64,000 nt of DNA from Actinomycetota bacterium (GCA_016201135.1 JACQDK010000073.1:2416-66415); one strand, 5' to 3'; shown: positions 7,640 to 16,376, counted from the stretch's first letter. Notes: generated by a model not told the origin, from the letters alone. Translations and numbers: made by a program.

Positions 7640-8962
7640 TCAGGCCGAGACGAGCCCGGCCATCGTCTCCATCACCGGCTGGCGTTTGTCCTCCGGCAGC
7701 TCGGATACGGACGTCATCATCGCCTTCATGACCTCCCGTCTTGCGTCCTCCGGAAGCTCGCCGAGACACGCCGCGTTCGAGCGCATCACCGCATCCCGAG
7801 ACTCGGCGGGCAACTCCGCAAGCACCCCAACCATCGACTCCAGGAAGCGGAGCCGGCGTGCTTCTCCGGCCCGCACCAGACCCTCCAGCATCCGGCGCAT
7901 GTTGCCGCGCCTCTGCGACTCGGGTTGTACCGCAAGGACTGCGACGCGCCGCCTTACGAACTCCCGTCGGCGGTCGTCCTCGAGGTCGCAAACCCGTCCT
8001 GTCATGATGCGCGCGGTCGCCCTCCACTCGTTGCGCACCGCCGCAGCCCGCAGCGGAACGGCCAGAAGGAAACCCGCCCCTACCAGCGAGAGCCCCATGG
8101 CGAACCCGGCCGGGTTCGAGCCGGGATGGAACCACAGCCATTGGTTCATGAACGAGGACGCGAGACCGTAGATCATCCCGACGAAGCTCGCGTAGAGCAG
8201 GAGCTGCTTCGCGATCGTCTGCCACCAGCGCTCGTCGCCCTCCCGGATCGCCACCTTGAGCAGCGGACGTGCGATCACGAGCAGGACGAAGGCTCCGCCG
8301 ACGATCGACCAGGTCACCCACAGCTTGGGATAGATCGTGGTGAACGGGATCGCACCCATGAACGCGTTGAGGAGCCCGTACATCAGGATCCCCAATCCCA
8401 GGAACAGGACGCTCTCCCGCAGGGCGATCGCCCACCACGAGGTCGCCCAGGGCTCCCCGAGGAGCCGGCCCCGGCGCATCAGCATCTTGAGCATGCCCCG
8501 TACCGGGATGATCGTGAGGATCCCCCAGAAGGCGAGCGTGAAGCCCCACCAGTTCCAGGCCGGAAGCCTGAATTCCGGCTGGAAGGCGAGCATCAGGCCG
8601 AGCCCGGTGAGGATGACGCCCTTCACCAGGTTCACGCCGCCGGGGAGGATCAGGTCGGGGCGGAAACCGAGCCCCGGTAGGTAGTCACCCTGCGCCTGCG
8701 GCAGGGCGAGAACGGCGGCGGAGAGCCAGAACAGCCCGAGGCCCACCAGCAGCAGGGTGGCCTGGGTCGAGAGGGGCTCGATGTTCGACGACAACACCGA
8801 GCCGATGTAGAGGAACAACGGCATGAACACGACGCCGGTGATGAACACCGGGGTCTTGTAGGCGAGGTAGGCCGGCCTTCCCGCCCACGGGTACAGCATC
8901 AACGCGACCACGGTGGACACCAGGACGACGTCCACGTAGGTGCCGATCGAAAGCGGCTGCAT
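7640..8962 (-). CDS. polytopic membrane protein with C-terminal ELPE(E/D)xR repeat region
   Basis: 440 aa. About 8 hydrophobic helices, then LAELPAESRDAVMRSNAAC / LGELPEDARREVMKAMMTS / VSELPEDKRQPVMETMAGL. Paralog at 23446..24459. Confidence 0.6.
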   Translation of the reverse strand: MQPLSIGTYVDVVLVSTVVALMLYPWAGRPAYLAYKTPVFITGVVFMPLFLYIGSVLSSNIEPLSTQATLLLVGLGLFWLSAAVLALPQAQGDYLPGLGFRPDLILPGGVNLVKGVILTGLGLMLAFQPEFRLPAWNWWGFTLAFWGILTIIPVRGMLKMLMRRGRLLGEPWATSWWAIALRESVLFLGLGILMYGLLNAFMGAIPFTTIYPKLWVTWSIVGGAFVLLVIARPLLKVAIREGDERWWQTIAKQLLLYASFVGMIYGLASSFMNQWLWFHPGSNPAGFAMGLSLVGAGFLLAVPLRAAAVRNEWRATARIMTGRVCDLEDDRRREFVRRRVAVLAVQPESQRRGNMRRMLEGLVRAGEARRLRFLESMVGVLAELPAESRDAVMRSNAACLGELPEDARREVMKAMMTSVSELPEDKRQPVMETMAGLVSA

Positions 8963-8974
8963 CCCCTCACCTCC

Positions 8975-9117
8975 TCAGAACGCTCGAAGCAGCCTGTACG
9001 CGAGGTACAGCCCTGCCGACGTGACGGCCACGCCGATGAGGGCCAGATACACGAACGCGAGGACCAGAACGGGCGCGCTCACGTCGAAACCGAAGGCAGC
9101 CAGGATGTTCACGATCC
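8975..9117 (-). CDS. small membrane peptide (putative)
   Basis: VNILAAFGFDVSAPVLVLAFVYLALIGVAVTSAGLYLAYRLLRAF. GTG start overlapping the end of the preceding small ORF. Weak support. Confidence 0.25.
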
Positions 9118-9315
9118 CTCCTCCGAACTCGTCCCCCAGGCCAGGAGCGAGACCAGGGTCGCGGCCGCCGGGAGGGCCAGCCCCACCGCGGCGCCGATGA
9201 CCGCCTGGCCTTCCTGGAACAGCCGGTACATGGCGAAGGTCCATCCGAGCAAGACGCCGATCACCGCGAGCCAGAGGGCCACGAGACCGACGGCGATGCG
9301 GCCGCTAGTCATCCT
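9109..9315 (-). CDS. small membrane protein (putative)
   Basis: MTSGRIAVGLVALWLAVIGVLLGWTFAMYRLFQEGQAVIGAAVGLALPAAATLVSLLAWG, two predicted TM helices. Confidence 0.3.
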   Translation of the reverse strand, partial: RMTSGRIAVGLVALWLAVIGVLLGWTFAMYRLFQEGQAVIGAAVGLALPAAATLVSLLAWGTSSEEGS

Positions 9316-9430
9316 TCCCTCCCTTCGCCCGAGCGACGTCCGCTCCCCTTCCCTCCCGCAAGCCCCACCAGAAGGCAAGGGAGAGAACGACGATGTTGAG
9401 CACGAGCCGAACCGCCTCGTTGTTGACCAT
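9305..9430 (-). CDS. small membrane peptide (putative)
   Basis: MVNNEAVRLVLNIVVLSLAFWWGLREGRGADVARAKGGKDD, 41 aa, directly downstream of the PIG-L gene. Weak support. Confidence 0.2.
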   Translation of the reverse strand: MVNNEAVRLVLNIVVLSLAFWWGLREGRGADVARAKGGKDD

Positions 9431-10215
9431 CAGGTCGCCTCCTTGATCGAGTTCGATGGGTTTAGTCGCGCCTCGCTCGAAGACGGGTCGCCGTGTGGGC
9501 TGCTGCCCCAGAGCTGCGGAGAGGTCAGGTAGTCGAACGGCCCGCAAAGCTCCAGCCGCAACGCGAACTGGGGCGAGAGGTCGCAAGATTGGCTGGCGTG
9601 CGCAGCGACCGCCCAGCGTTGACGTTCCCGAAACGGGCCGACATCCACCGGGATGAGCTCGGTGGCCGGCCGTCCCGCGTAGCACTCGGCAAGGGCGTCC
9701 TGCATCACAGCGGCGACATGGTCCGGGATCGTCCAGAAGAGCAGGGCCGGCGGGTTCGGCGTCCTGCCCCAAACCCGCATCACGGACTCGCCGACCGCGA
9801 CGTGGTCGGGGTGGCACGTCACTCCCAGCGGGTCGTACGCGAGCACGACGTCCGGCTGCCACCCGTGCATGTGCAGGCACTCGCGGTCGAGCGCTTCGGG
9901 ATCGGTCTCACTCAGCAGGCCGTCCGGATACTCGAGGGTGATCCTGCGGTGGACCCCGAGGATCTCCGCCGCGCGACCCAGCTCGCCTTCCCGTGTCGCG
10001 GCGAGCTCCTCCCGGCTCCCTCGCCAGGTTGGCGTGATCCCGGCCTCCCCGTGCGTGCATGTGAGCAGGCTGACGTGCTTGCCGAGGGAGACGGCGAGGG
10101 CGAGCACGGCCCCCAGGCCGCACGATTCGTCGTCGGGATGCGCGCAGACGGCGAGAACGGTTCCCGCCCGCTTGAAGGCCTCAAGGGGGTCGCCAGCGCC
10201 GCGGTTTGTCGCCAT
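9430..10215 (-). CDS. PIG-L family deacetylase (LmbE-like; MshB/BshB-type)
   Basis: VLAVCAHPDDESCGLGAVL and HPDH motifs. Start chosen at MATNRGAG; the ORF extends further upstream to 10557 with less convincing sequence. Confidence 0.7.
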   Translation of the reverse strand: MATNRGAGDPLEAFKRAGTVLAVCAHPDDESCGLGAVLALAVSLGKHVSLLTCTHGEAGITPTWRGSREELAATREGELGRAAEILGVHRRITLEYPDGLLSETDPEALDRECLHMHGWQPDVVLAYDPLGVTCHPDHVAVGESVMRVWGRTPNPPALLFWTIPDHVAAVMQDALAECYAGRPATELIPVDVGPFRERQRWAVAAHASQSCDLSPQFALRLELCGPFDYLTSPQLWGSSPHGDPSSSEARLNPSNSIKEAT

Positions 10216-10618
10216 GGGAGGTTGGTCGTTCCGGCCGGCGATCGGGGGCCGCGCGACCCTCCGGCGGACCTGCGTCGACCAAACAGCGGTATGGACGTAG
10301 ACGCGACCGTCGGCGATCCTTCTCGTGAGCTCGGAGAGCTCCTGAGGAGGGGCGCCGTGATCGTCGAGATGCACGATGCGGGGTGCCGAGCCCATACGGG
10401 CTCCTCCTGCCTCGTCGTCGTCGTGGACCGGGACGGGACCCGGCACACGTTCCGGGGCGAGGCGCTCGACCTGCTCGAGTCCACGGTGCGTTGCGTGTGT
10501 GCCGAATACCGTTGATCCGCGCGTGGTCCTTCGCTCGCCCCTCCTCGGTCGCTCCACCGACTAAGCAGATCGGAACCGGAACCTCAGAGGAGGCGGACAT
10601 GATGAGCAGGGTCCTGAA

Positions 10619-10993
10619 GTGGATCACGGGGCTGCTGGCCTTTGGCTGATCGTCGAGATCAGCGTTTTCGGCGCCGGCGTAGCGCTCTGGATCGCGTTCG
10701 CGACCGCGACCGCGATCGCGATCATCGGGGTCATCGACTTCGGCGCCGACGTCGCCCGCCGCGATCCCCTCGCGGCCACTGGAGCCGTGGCGACGGTCCT
10801 GCTGGCCTCGTTCCTCATCGTGGCGTCGCTCGTGTTCGAGGGTGCCTCGACGAGCTGGCTCATGGTCACGGCCGGTGGGGTGGTCCAGGTGTTCGCCCTC
10901 GGAGCGCTCGGCCTGTCGCGCCCGACAAGGGGTGTGAGGGCCGTGGCTGCTGCTGGATACGAGTCGCGCGAAGATATCCGTCAGGCGGCCTGA
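10619..10993 (+). CDS. hypothetical membrane protein
   Basis: 124 aa, 3-4 hydrophobic helices. A GGAGG-ATG at 10599 opens a 16-codon ORF in another frame, so the true start or a frameshift is uncertain. Confidence 0.4.
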   Translation: MDHGAAGLWLIVEISVFGAGVALWIAFATATAIAIIGVIDFGADVARRDPLAATGAVATVLLASFLIVASLVFEGASTSWLMVTAGGVVQVFALGALGLSRPTRGVRAVAAAGYESREDIRQAA

Positions 10994-11099
10994 AGACCCG
11001 GCGAACCGAGCGCCGCCGTGCGGGGCGGGGGCCGCGAAGGGCCCTCGCCCGGCACCACGTTTCTCCCCATCCTTGGATGAGCGCCGCAGCAGCGACCCG

Positions 11100-11735
11100 T
11101 CAGCGGATCTGAGGGCCTTCGAAGGTCGAGGCGCAGCAGACCCGGAGGCCGAGGCGGTCGGCCAGCCCTTGGAACTCCTTGACCAGCCACCGGCGCACGT
11201 CGCGCGGATCCCGGCGGCGGGCGATCGCATCCAGCAGGATGAGGTCGAGAGCCGCCGACTCCAGCCAGTTCACGTCCTGCGTGAACCCGATGACGCAGGG
11301 CGAGCCGCTGAGGTCGCAGAACGCGTCGAGGTCGCGCCCGGGGACGCGGAGCACCGAGCACGACCCGAAGTACAGGATCTTCTCGGACGAACCGCGAAGC
11401 GCCTCCCCGACCTCCTCGAGCGAGACGGAGCGGCGACCGACCTGGATCCGCCCCGGCTCACCGTGGAACGCGAGGTAGCCCAGGGAATAGCGAGCGTACT
11501 GCTTCTGCTTCCAGCGGCGGAGGGCGTCGAACAGGCCTTCGACGGTGTCGACAGGGTGATGGATGAAGGGGATCCCGTCCACCTTCTCCAGCAGCTCCAG
11601 CAGGTCCCTCACGCTCGCCTTGCTGGTCAGCTTCGGGGACCACGCTCCCTCCACGCAGAAGATCCCGAGCGGCCTCTCACGCGGCGGCCGTGAACGCGTC
11701 TCCGACGAGCCATCGGGCCGAGCCGCTGTGGCCAC
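11100..11735 (-). CDS. hypothetical protein, terminal gene of the mer operon (start uncertain)
   Basis: About 211 aa: GIFCVEGAWSPKLTSKASVRDLLELLEKVDGIPFIHHPVDTVEGLFDALRRW...KILYFGSCSV...SPCVIGFTQDV. alpha/beta-looking, no family recognised. No ATG is available; a candidate GTG sits just after the stop of 11747..12067. Confidence 0.5.
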   Translation of the reverse strand: MATAARPDGSSETRSRPPRERPLGIFCVEGAWSPKLTSKASVRDLLELLEKVDGIPFIHHPVDTVEGLFDALRRWKQKQYARYSLGYLAFHGEPGRIQVGRRSVSLEEVGEALRGSSEKILYFGSCSVLRVPGRDLDAFCDLSGSPCVIGFTQDVNWLESAALDLILLDAIARRRDPRDVRRWLVKEFQGLADRLGLRVCCASTFEGPQIR

Positions 11736-11746
11736 GAACGGGTCAC

Positions 11747-12067
11747 CTATTCCCGGACTTCCATTCCCGGCCAGGAGCCCACACCGCGGACGTCGATCCA
11801 CTTCTTCCGCCAGCCCGCAAGGGCGAGCTTGAGGGCGGCGGGCGATTCGAGCCCCTCGTCGCTGAAGAAGAGTTCGAAATCCTCGCCACCGAACCGCCGG
11901 AACTCGTGCGGGTCCTTGGGAGCGTCGACCGAGGTGGCGAGGAACGAGCACCTGGGCCCGGTGCAGCGCAGCAGGTCCGCCCACACGTAGAGCCGGCCAC
12001 CATGCTCCCGGATGAACCCCACCGCCTCCCGGGAGGCAATGACTTTCACGTTGCCACCGCCCCTCAC
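11747..12067 (-). CDS. small hypothetical protein (GGRLYVW family; paralog at 22173..22478), 5 nt downstream of merA
   Basis: MRGGGNVKVIASREAVGFIREHGGRLYVWADLLRCTGPRC...FRRFGGEDFELFF. Aligns with 22173..22478 (VRVVASPEASAFIHGRGGRLYVWVTRLTCCG...FRELNAGDFLLF). Confidence 0.6.
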   Translation of the reverse strand: MRGGGNVKVIASREAVGFIREHGGRLYVWADLLRCTGPRCSFLATSVDAPKDPHEFRRFGGEDFELFFSDEGLESPAALKLALAGWRKKWIDVRGVGSWPGMEVRE

Positions 12068-12071
12068 GGTC

Positions 12072-13715
12072 TCACGCGGCGCAGCACGAGAGCATGGCCA
12101 CGTCTTTGCTGAACGTCTGCGAAGCGAGCTTCAGACCTTCCGCGATCGTGAGGTACGGGTGGAAGGTCTCCGCCACTTCCTTCACCGTCAAGCGGAACTT
12201 GATCGCGAGCACTGCCGACTGGATCACCTCACCGGCGCTCTCGCCGAGGATCGAGACTCCGAGGATCTCTTCCGTCGATGCGTCTGCCACGACCTTGATC
12301 AACCCCCTCGTCTCGCGGTTCACGATCGCCCGCGGGACCGATGACAGCGGGAGGACCGACGTCTTCACAGCCCGGCCTTGCTCCTCGGCCTGCGCCTCCG
12401 TCAGACCCGCCGACGCGATCTGGGGGCTGGTGAACGTGACCCTGGGCAGGGCCCGGAGATCCACGGTTCGGGAGGCGCCCTTCAGGGCGTTCTCGGCCGC
12501 CAGGTTGCCCTCGTAGGCGGAGACGTAGACGAATTGGGGCGCGGGCGTGCAGTCGCCGGCGGCGAAGACCCGCGGGTTCGTGGTCCGCAGGTGCTCGTCC
12601 ACCACGATGGCCCTACGCGGATCGAGCTGCACACCGGCCTCCTCCAGGCCCATCCCGGCCGTGTTCGGGATGCGGCCCGTCGCCACCAGCACCTGGTCGA
12701 CGGGGAACTCCCGGAGGGCCCCATCCACCTCCGCGTACACGATCCGCTTCCCGTCAGTCGCCGTCACCTTCACGATCCTGGCCGGGGCGAGGACCTCCGC
12801 ACCCTGGTCGCGGAGGATCCCGGTGAAGGCCTCGGAGACCTCGGGCTCCTCGAAGGGAGCGATCCGCTCGAGGACGTCGAAGAAGAACACCTTCGTCCCG
12901 AGGTGAAGGAAGAACTGGCCGAGCTCGAGGCCGATGGCGTTTGCCCCGATCACCGCCATCGACCCGGGCAGCTCCTTCAGGTCGAGCGCCGTCGTGCTGG
13001 TGAGGTAGCCAGCGTCCTGCAGCCCCTCGATCGGCGGCACCGCGGGGGATGCGCCGGTCGCGACCAGGTACGCGCCGGCCGTGATGGTACGGCCGTCGAC
13101 CGAGAGCGTGTCCGGACCGACGAACTCGGCATGGCCCGGGATCAGCTCGAAGCCATAGGCGTCCACGAGGTCGATGTACTTCTCCTGCCGCATCACCTCG
13201 ACGAGCTCGTCCTTCTGGGCGACGAGCGCGGCGAGGTCCGCCTTGCCGGCGGAGGTCTCCACGCCCGCGAAGTCCTGGTGGCCTGCCTGGAAGCAGACCT
13301 CGCCCGCCCGAAGCAGCGCCTTGGAGGGCACGCATCCCACGTTAACGCAGGTGCCCCCCACGGTCCCGTGCTCGACGAGCGCCACCCGCGCGCCCTGATC
13401 GCGAGCCTTGATGGCAGCCGCGAACGCCGCCGAGCCGGCCCCGATGATGAGCAGGTCGTACTCGGAGGCGTCGACCCTGCCAGCCCTCGAGCCCTCCGTC
13501 TCGAGCGCCTCGACCTTGCCGGGGCCGTAGCCCGAGTCCCGCACGGCCTCGGCGAAGCGGTCGACGCTGATGTCCTCGCCGACAGCGAAGACGGCCTCGC
13601 CCTTCCGCCAGTCCGCCGCCACCTCGCGCGCTCCGGCCCACTCGAGCGCTCTCGCAACGTGAAGATTGCAGGAGTCACAGGTCATGCCGGCCACTTCCAT
13701 CCGAAGCTTCGTCAT
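12072..13715 (-). CDS. merA: mercuric reductase MerA (N-terminal HMA domain + FAD/NAD(P)H disulfide oxidoreductase)
   Basis: GMTCDSC HMA motif, GGTCVNVGCVPSK redox-active disulfide, and the C-terminal SCCAA Cys pair. Confidence 0.9.
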   Translation of the reverse strand: MTKLRMEVAGMTCDSCNLHVARALEWAGAREVAADWRKGEAVFAVGEDISVDRFAEAVRDSGYGPGKVEALETEGSRAGRVDASEYDLLIIGAGSAAFAAAIKARDQGARVALVEHGTVGGTCVNVGCVPSKALLRAGEVCFQAGHQDFAGVETSAGKADLAALVAQKDELVEVMRQEKYIDLVDAYGFELIPGHAEFVGPDTLSVDGRTITAGAYLVATGASPAVPPIEGLQDAGYLTSTTALDLKELPGSMAVIGANAIGLELGQFFLHLGTKVFFFDVLERIAPFEEPEVSEAFTGILRDQGAEVLAPARIVKVTATDGKRIVYAEVDGALREFPVDQVLVATGRIPNTAGMGLEEAGVQLDPRRAIVVDEHLRTTNPRVFAAGDCTPAPQFVYVSAYEGNLAAENALKGASRTVDLRALPRVTFTSPQIASAGLTEAQAEEQGRAVKTSVLPLSSVPRAIVNRETRGLIKVVADASTEEILGVSILGESAGEVIQSAVLAIKFRLTVKEVAETFHPYLTIAEGLKLASQTFSKDVAMLSCCAA

Positions 13716-13737
13716 CGGTCTCCTCCTTGTCGCTCGT

Positions 13738-14337
13738 TCACCGAAGGCTTCCCCAAGACTCGCGGCCGAGCGCCTCGACTTGGGACAGACTCAGCACCTC
13801 TCCCCGCGGGTCGCCTGAACCTGCTCGCCAGGACCTCAGGTGCTCCTCGTCACAGAACAGGTTCGCCTGCGGGCACAGCTCCTCCCGCACGTTGGAGCAC
13901 GGGTCGGTTGGGAGCCACGCCACGAACCCGGGCTCGGAGGCGGGGCGCCCGCGCTCGAACTCGATCCAAAGCTCGCGGCCGCACTGTGGACAGGAAGTCG
14001 TCGCGAGGGCGTCCTGATCGAGGGCCGCGGGGATGCCGATCGCATCGATCGCGCACCACGTGTACAGCGCAACGCCGCCGAGGGTCAGTCGGTGCGAGGT
14101 CGGAAGCAGCGTGAGGCCGGCCGAGCCTACGACTCGACCATCCGTGTCGAGCTCGACCTGCCCGCCCGAGGCCAGCGAACGAAGGGCATCATCCACCTCA
14201 CCTACGGAGAAGCCCGTACCCTTAGCGATGGCCGCGGAACTCGCTACCTCGCCTCGGCGCAGGATCCGGAAGGCCAGTCGCCGCACGGCCTCCTCGCGCG
14301 GACCCCGGACGCGCTCGAGCACGTTGAGATCACCCAT
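13738..14337 (-). CDS. merB: organomercurial lyase MerB
   Basis: GVALYTWCAIDAIGIP and TTSCPQCG match the MerB catalytic Cys/Asp/Cys region. Start taken at MGDLNVLERV. Confidence 0.8.
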   Translation of the reverse strand: MGDLNVLERVRGPREEAVRRLAFRILRRGEVASSAAIAKGTGFSVGEVDDALRSLASGGQVELDTDGRVVGSAGLTLLPTSHRLTLGGVALYTWCAIDAIGIPAALDQDALATTSCPQCGRELWIEFERGRPASEPGFVAWLPTDPCSNVREELCPQANLFCDEEHLRSWRAGSGDPRGEVLSLSQVEALGRESWGSLR

Positions 14338-14339
14338 GG

Positions 14340-14705
14340 CTAGATCCAGTCCGGTCCGATGCGGCGGCATGTCGCCAGGTGATCGCGGTGCTCACCGACC
14401 AGGGATCGTGCCATGCGCATCAGGTCTCTCACGCCAGGGTCGGCGATGCGGTAGACGACCTGGCGGCCGCGGCGCTCGGCATCGGCGAACCGGCACCACT
14501 TCAGGCAGGCCAGGTGGTTCGAGACGCGACTCTGGGGCGCCCCAACGAGGCTCACCAACTCCGACACCGTGCGCTCGCGCTCGAGCAGGGCTTCGATGAT
14601 CCGGAGTCTGGTGGGATCGCCGAGGGTCCGGAAGTAGCGCGCCAGCGCCTCCGGCCCGCATGCGTCTTGCGAACCCGACCGGCTTCTTGCTTGCCTCGCG
14701 CCCAT
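14340..14705 (-). CDS. ArsR/SmtB-family transcriptional regulator (ArsR-type mer operon regulator)
   Basis: PTRLRIIEALLERERTVSELVSLVGAPQSRVSNHLACL winged-HTH. ATG with GGGAGGAGAG RBS. The upstream GTG-initiated extension has AT-rich third positions and is probably non-coding. Confidence 0.75.
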   Translation of the reverse strand: MGARQARSRSGSQDACGPEALARYFRTLGDPTRLRIIEALLERERTVSELVSLVGAPQSRVSNHLACLKWCRFADAERRGRQVVYRIADPGVRDLMRMARSLVGEHRDHLATCRRIGPDWI

Positions 14706-14725
14706 CTCTCCTCCCGGCCCGGCCT

Positions 14726-14748
14726 TACAACAGGATATCCTGATTGTA
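14726..14748. promoter_or_regulatory. palindromic operator candidate TACAACAGGATATCCTGATTGTA in the mer promoter
   Basis: Core CAGGATATCCTG (14731-14742) is a perfect 12-bp palindrome flanked by ACAA/TTGT arms. It lies 21-43 nt upstream of the ArsR-family ATG, between the zwf stop and the mer operon. Confidence 0.5.
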
Positions 14749-14767
14749 TCCCTCGCTTGCGCTTCCG

Positions 14768-16288
14768 TCACCCGGGGTGGTTCCAGCGCCTCGGGGCGAT
14801 CAGCGCGTCGGCCTCCCTCGGTCCCCAGGAACCGGGGAGGTACCGGTGGGGCGAGGGCGGATCGGCGAGCGCTGGCTCCAGGATCTCCCAGGCGCGCTCC
14901 ACTCCGGCACCCCCCGTGAAGAGCGTGCGGTCTCCCTGCATCGCGTCGTATAGGAGCCGCTCATACGCCTCGACGAGCCGGGACTTGAACGTCGGCTCGT
15001 ACCAGAAGTCCAGGGCCGCCTCACCGAGCGCGAGGGCGGCGCCGGGACGCTTCGCCATGAACGAGAGGAAGATCCCCTCGTCGGGCTGGATCCGGACCGT
15101 GAGGTGGTTGCCGCCACGCCCGTCCGAACGCGCGGACCGGAACAGCTCTATCGCGGGCTCCCGGAAGGCGATCGTTATCTCGCTCGTTCGGCGCGCCAGA
15201 CTCTTGCCGGTCCGCACGAAGAACGGGACGCCCCGCCACCGATCGTTCTCTACCTCGAGCCGGAGGGCGACGAAGGTTTCCGCCTGCGACGCGGAAGCGA
15301 CCCCCGGCTCGGACCGGTAGCCGAGGTACTGGCCGCGCACCACGTGGGACGGCTCCACCGGCCGGATGGCTCTCAGCACCCTCAGCTTCTCCGCGAGGAG
15401 GGCATCAGCGTCGAGGGACCCGGGCGGCTCCATGGCCACGAACGTCAGAACCTGGAGGATGTGGGGCTGGACCATGTCCCGGAGGGCGCCGACCTCCTCG
15501 TAGAACGAGCCCCTCCCCTCGATCCCGATGTCTTCGGCGACGGTCATCTGGACATGGTCCACGTGGCGACGGTTCCAGAGGGGCTCGAGGATGGCGTTGG
15601 CGAAGCGGAGGACGAGGAGGTTCTGGACGGTTTCCTTGCCCAGGTAGTGGTCGATCCGGAACACACGGGTCTCGTCGAACACGGCCGCGATCGCCCGGTT
15701 AAGCGCCCCGGCACTCGCCGCGTCGTGCCCGAACGGCTTCTCCACGATGACCCTTGACCCAGCCGCGAGCCCCGACTCTGCGAGCCCCCTGATCACCTCC
15801 GCGAACGCGGAGGGAGGCGTGGCCAGGTAGAAGAGCCGGCGGCCCTCCGTCCCGTGCTCCCGGTCCATGCTGCCGAGGTGTTCTGCCAAGCGATCGAAGG
15901 TCGCGAGGTCACCGAGGTCTCCCGACAGATGAGACAGGCCGGCCTCGAACCGCCGCCAGTCCGGGGCGTCGACGTCGCACCGGCAGAAGCTCTCGCTCGA
16001 GGTGCGGGCCCACCGCCGGAATCCCCCTGGATCGAGCTCGCTCCGGGACACACCGACGACCGCGTAGCGCTCGGGGAGGAGGCCCGCCACGCCGAGGTGA
16101 TACAGAGCCGGCAGCAGCTTGCGCCTCGTGAGGTCGCCGGAGCCGCCGAGGATCACGATGCTCTGTGGAGGCGGACGCGACAACCCGCCAGATTCCCCCC
16201 CGAGTGCTCCCCCCACGACCGGACCCACGCCGATCCTCGTCAAGGCCATGACGCCCTTAGTCGATAGAGCCGCTGGTTTGGGTCCCAT
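14768..16288 (-). CDS. zwf: glucose-6-phosphate 1-dehydrogenase
   Basis: SIVILGGSGDLTRRKLLPALYHL, EKPFGHD and RIDHYLGKE motifs. N-terminal start uncertain (alternative MALTRIG). Confidence 0.85.
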   Translation of the reverse strand: MGPKPAALSTKGVMALTRIGVGPVVGGALGGESGGLSRPPPQSIVILGGSGDLTRRKLLPALYHLGVAGLLPERYAVVGVSRSELDPGGFRRWARTSSESFCRCDVDAPDWRRFEAGLSHLSGDLGDLATFDRLAEHLGSMDREHGTEGRRLFYLATPPSAFAEVIRGLAESGLAAGSRVIVEKPFGHDAASAGALNRAIAAVFDETRVFRIDHYLGKETVQNLLVLRFANAILEPLWNRRHVDHVQMTVAEDIGIEGRGSFYEEVGALRDMVQPHILQVLTFVAMEPPGSLDADALLAEKLRVLRAIRPVEPSHVVRGQYLGYRSEPGVASASQAETFVALRLEVENDRWRGVPFFVRTGKSLARRTSEITIAFREPAIELFRSARSDGRGGNHLTVRIQPDEGIFLSFMAKRPGAALALGEAALDFWYEPTFKSRLVEAYERLLYDAMQGDRTLFTGGAGVERAWEILEPALADPPSPHRYLPGSWGPREADALIAPRRWNHPG

Positions 16289-16376
16289 GCCCGCGGGTCG
16301 CGGCTGCCACGGGCACGATCGTCGTTGCCTCGGGTTGCCGGGGAGTGGGGCCCGTCGTGGCCCGGCGCCCGGTGAC

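Noticed and set aside
14705-14771. GTG-initiated N-terminal extension of the ArsR-family regulator overlapping the zwf stop (GTGA)
   Set aside because: The extension has AT-rich third positions and contains the palindromic operator. The internal ATG with a GGAGG RBS is the more credible start.
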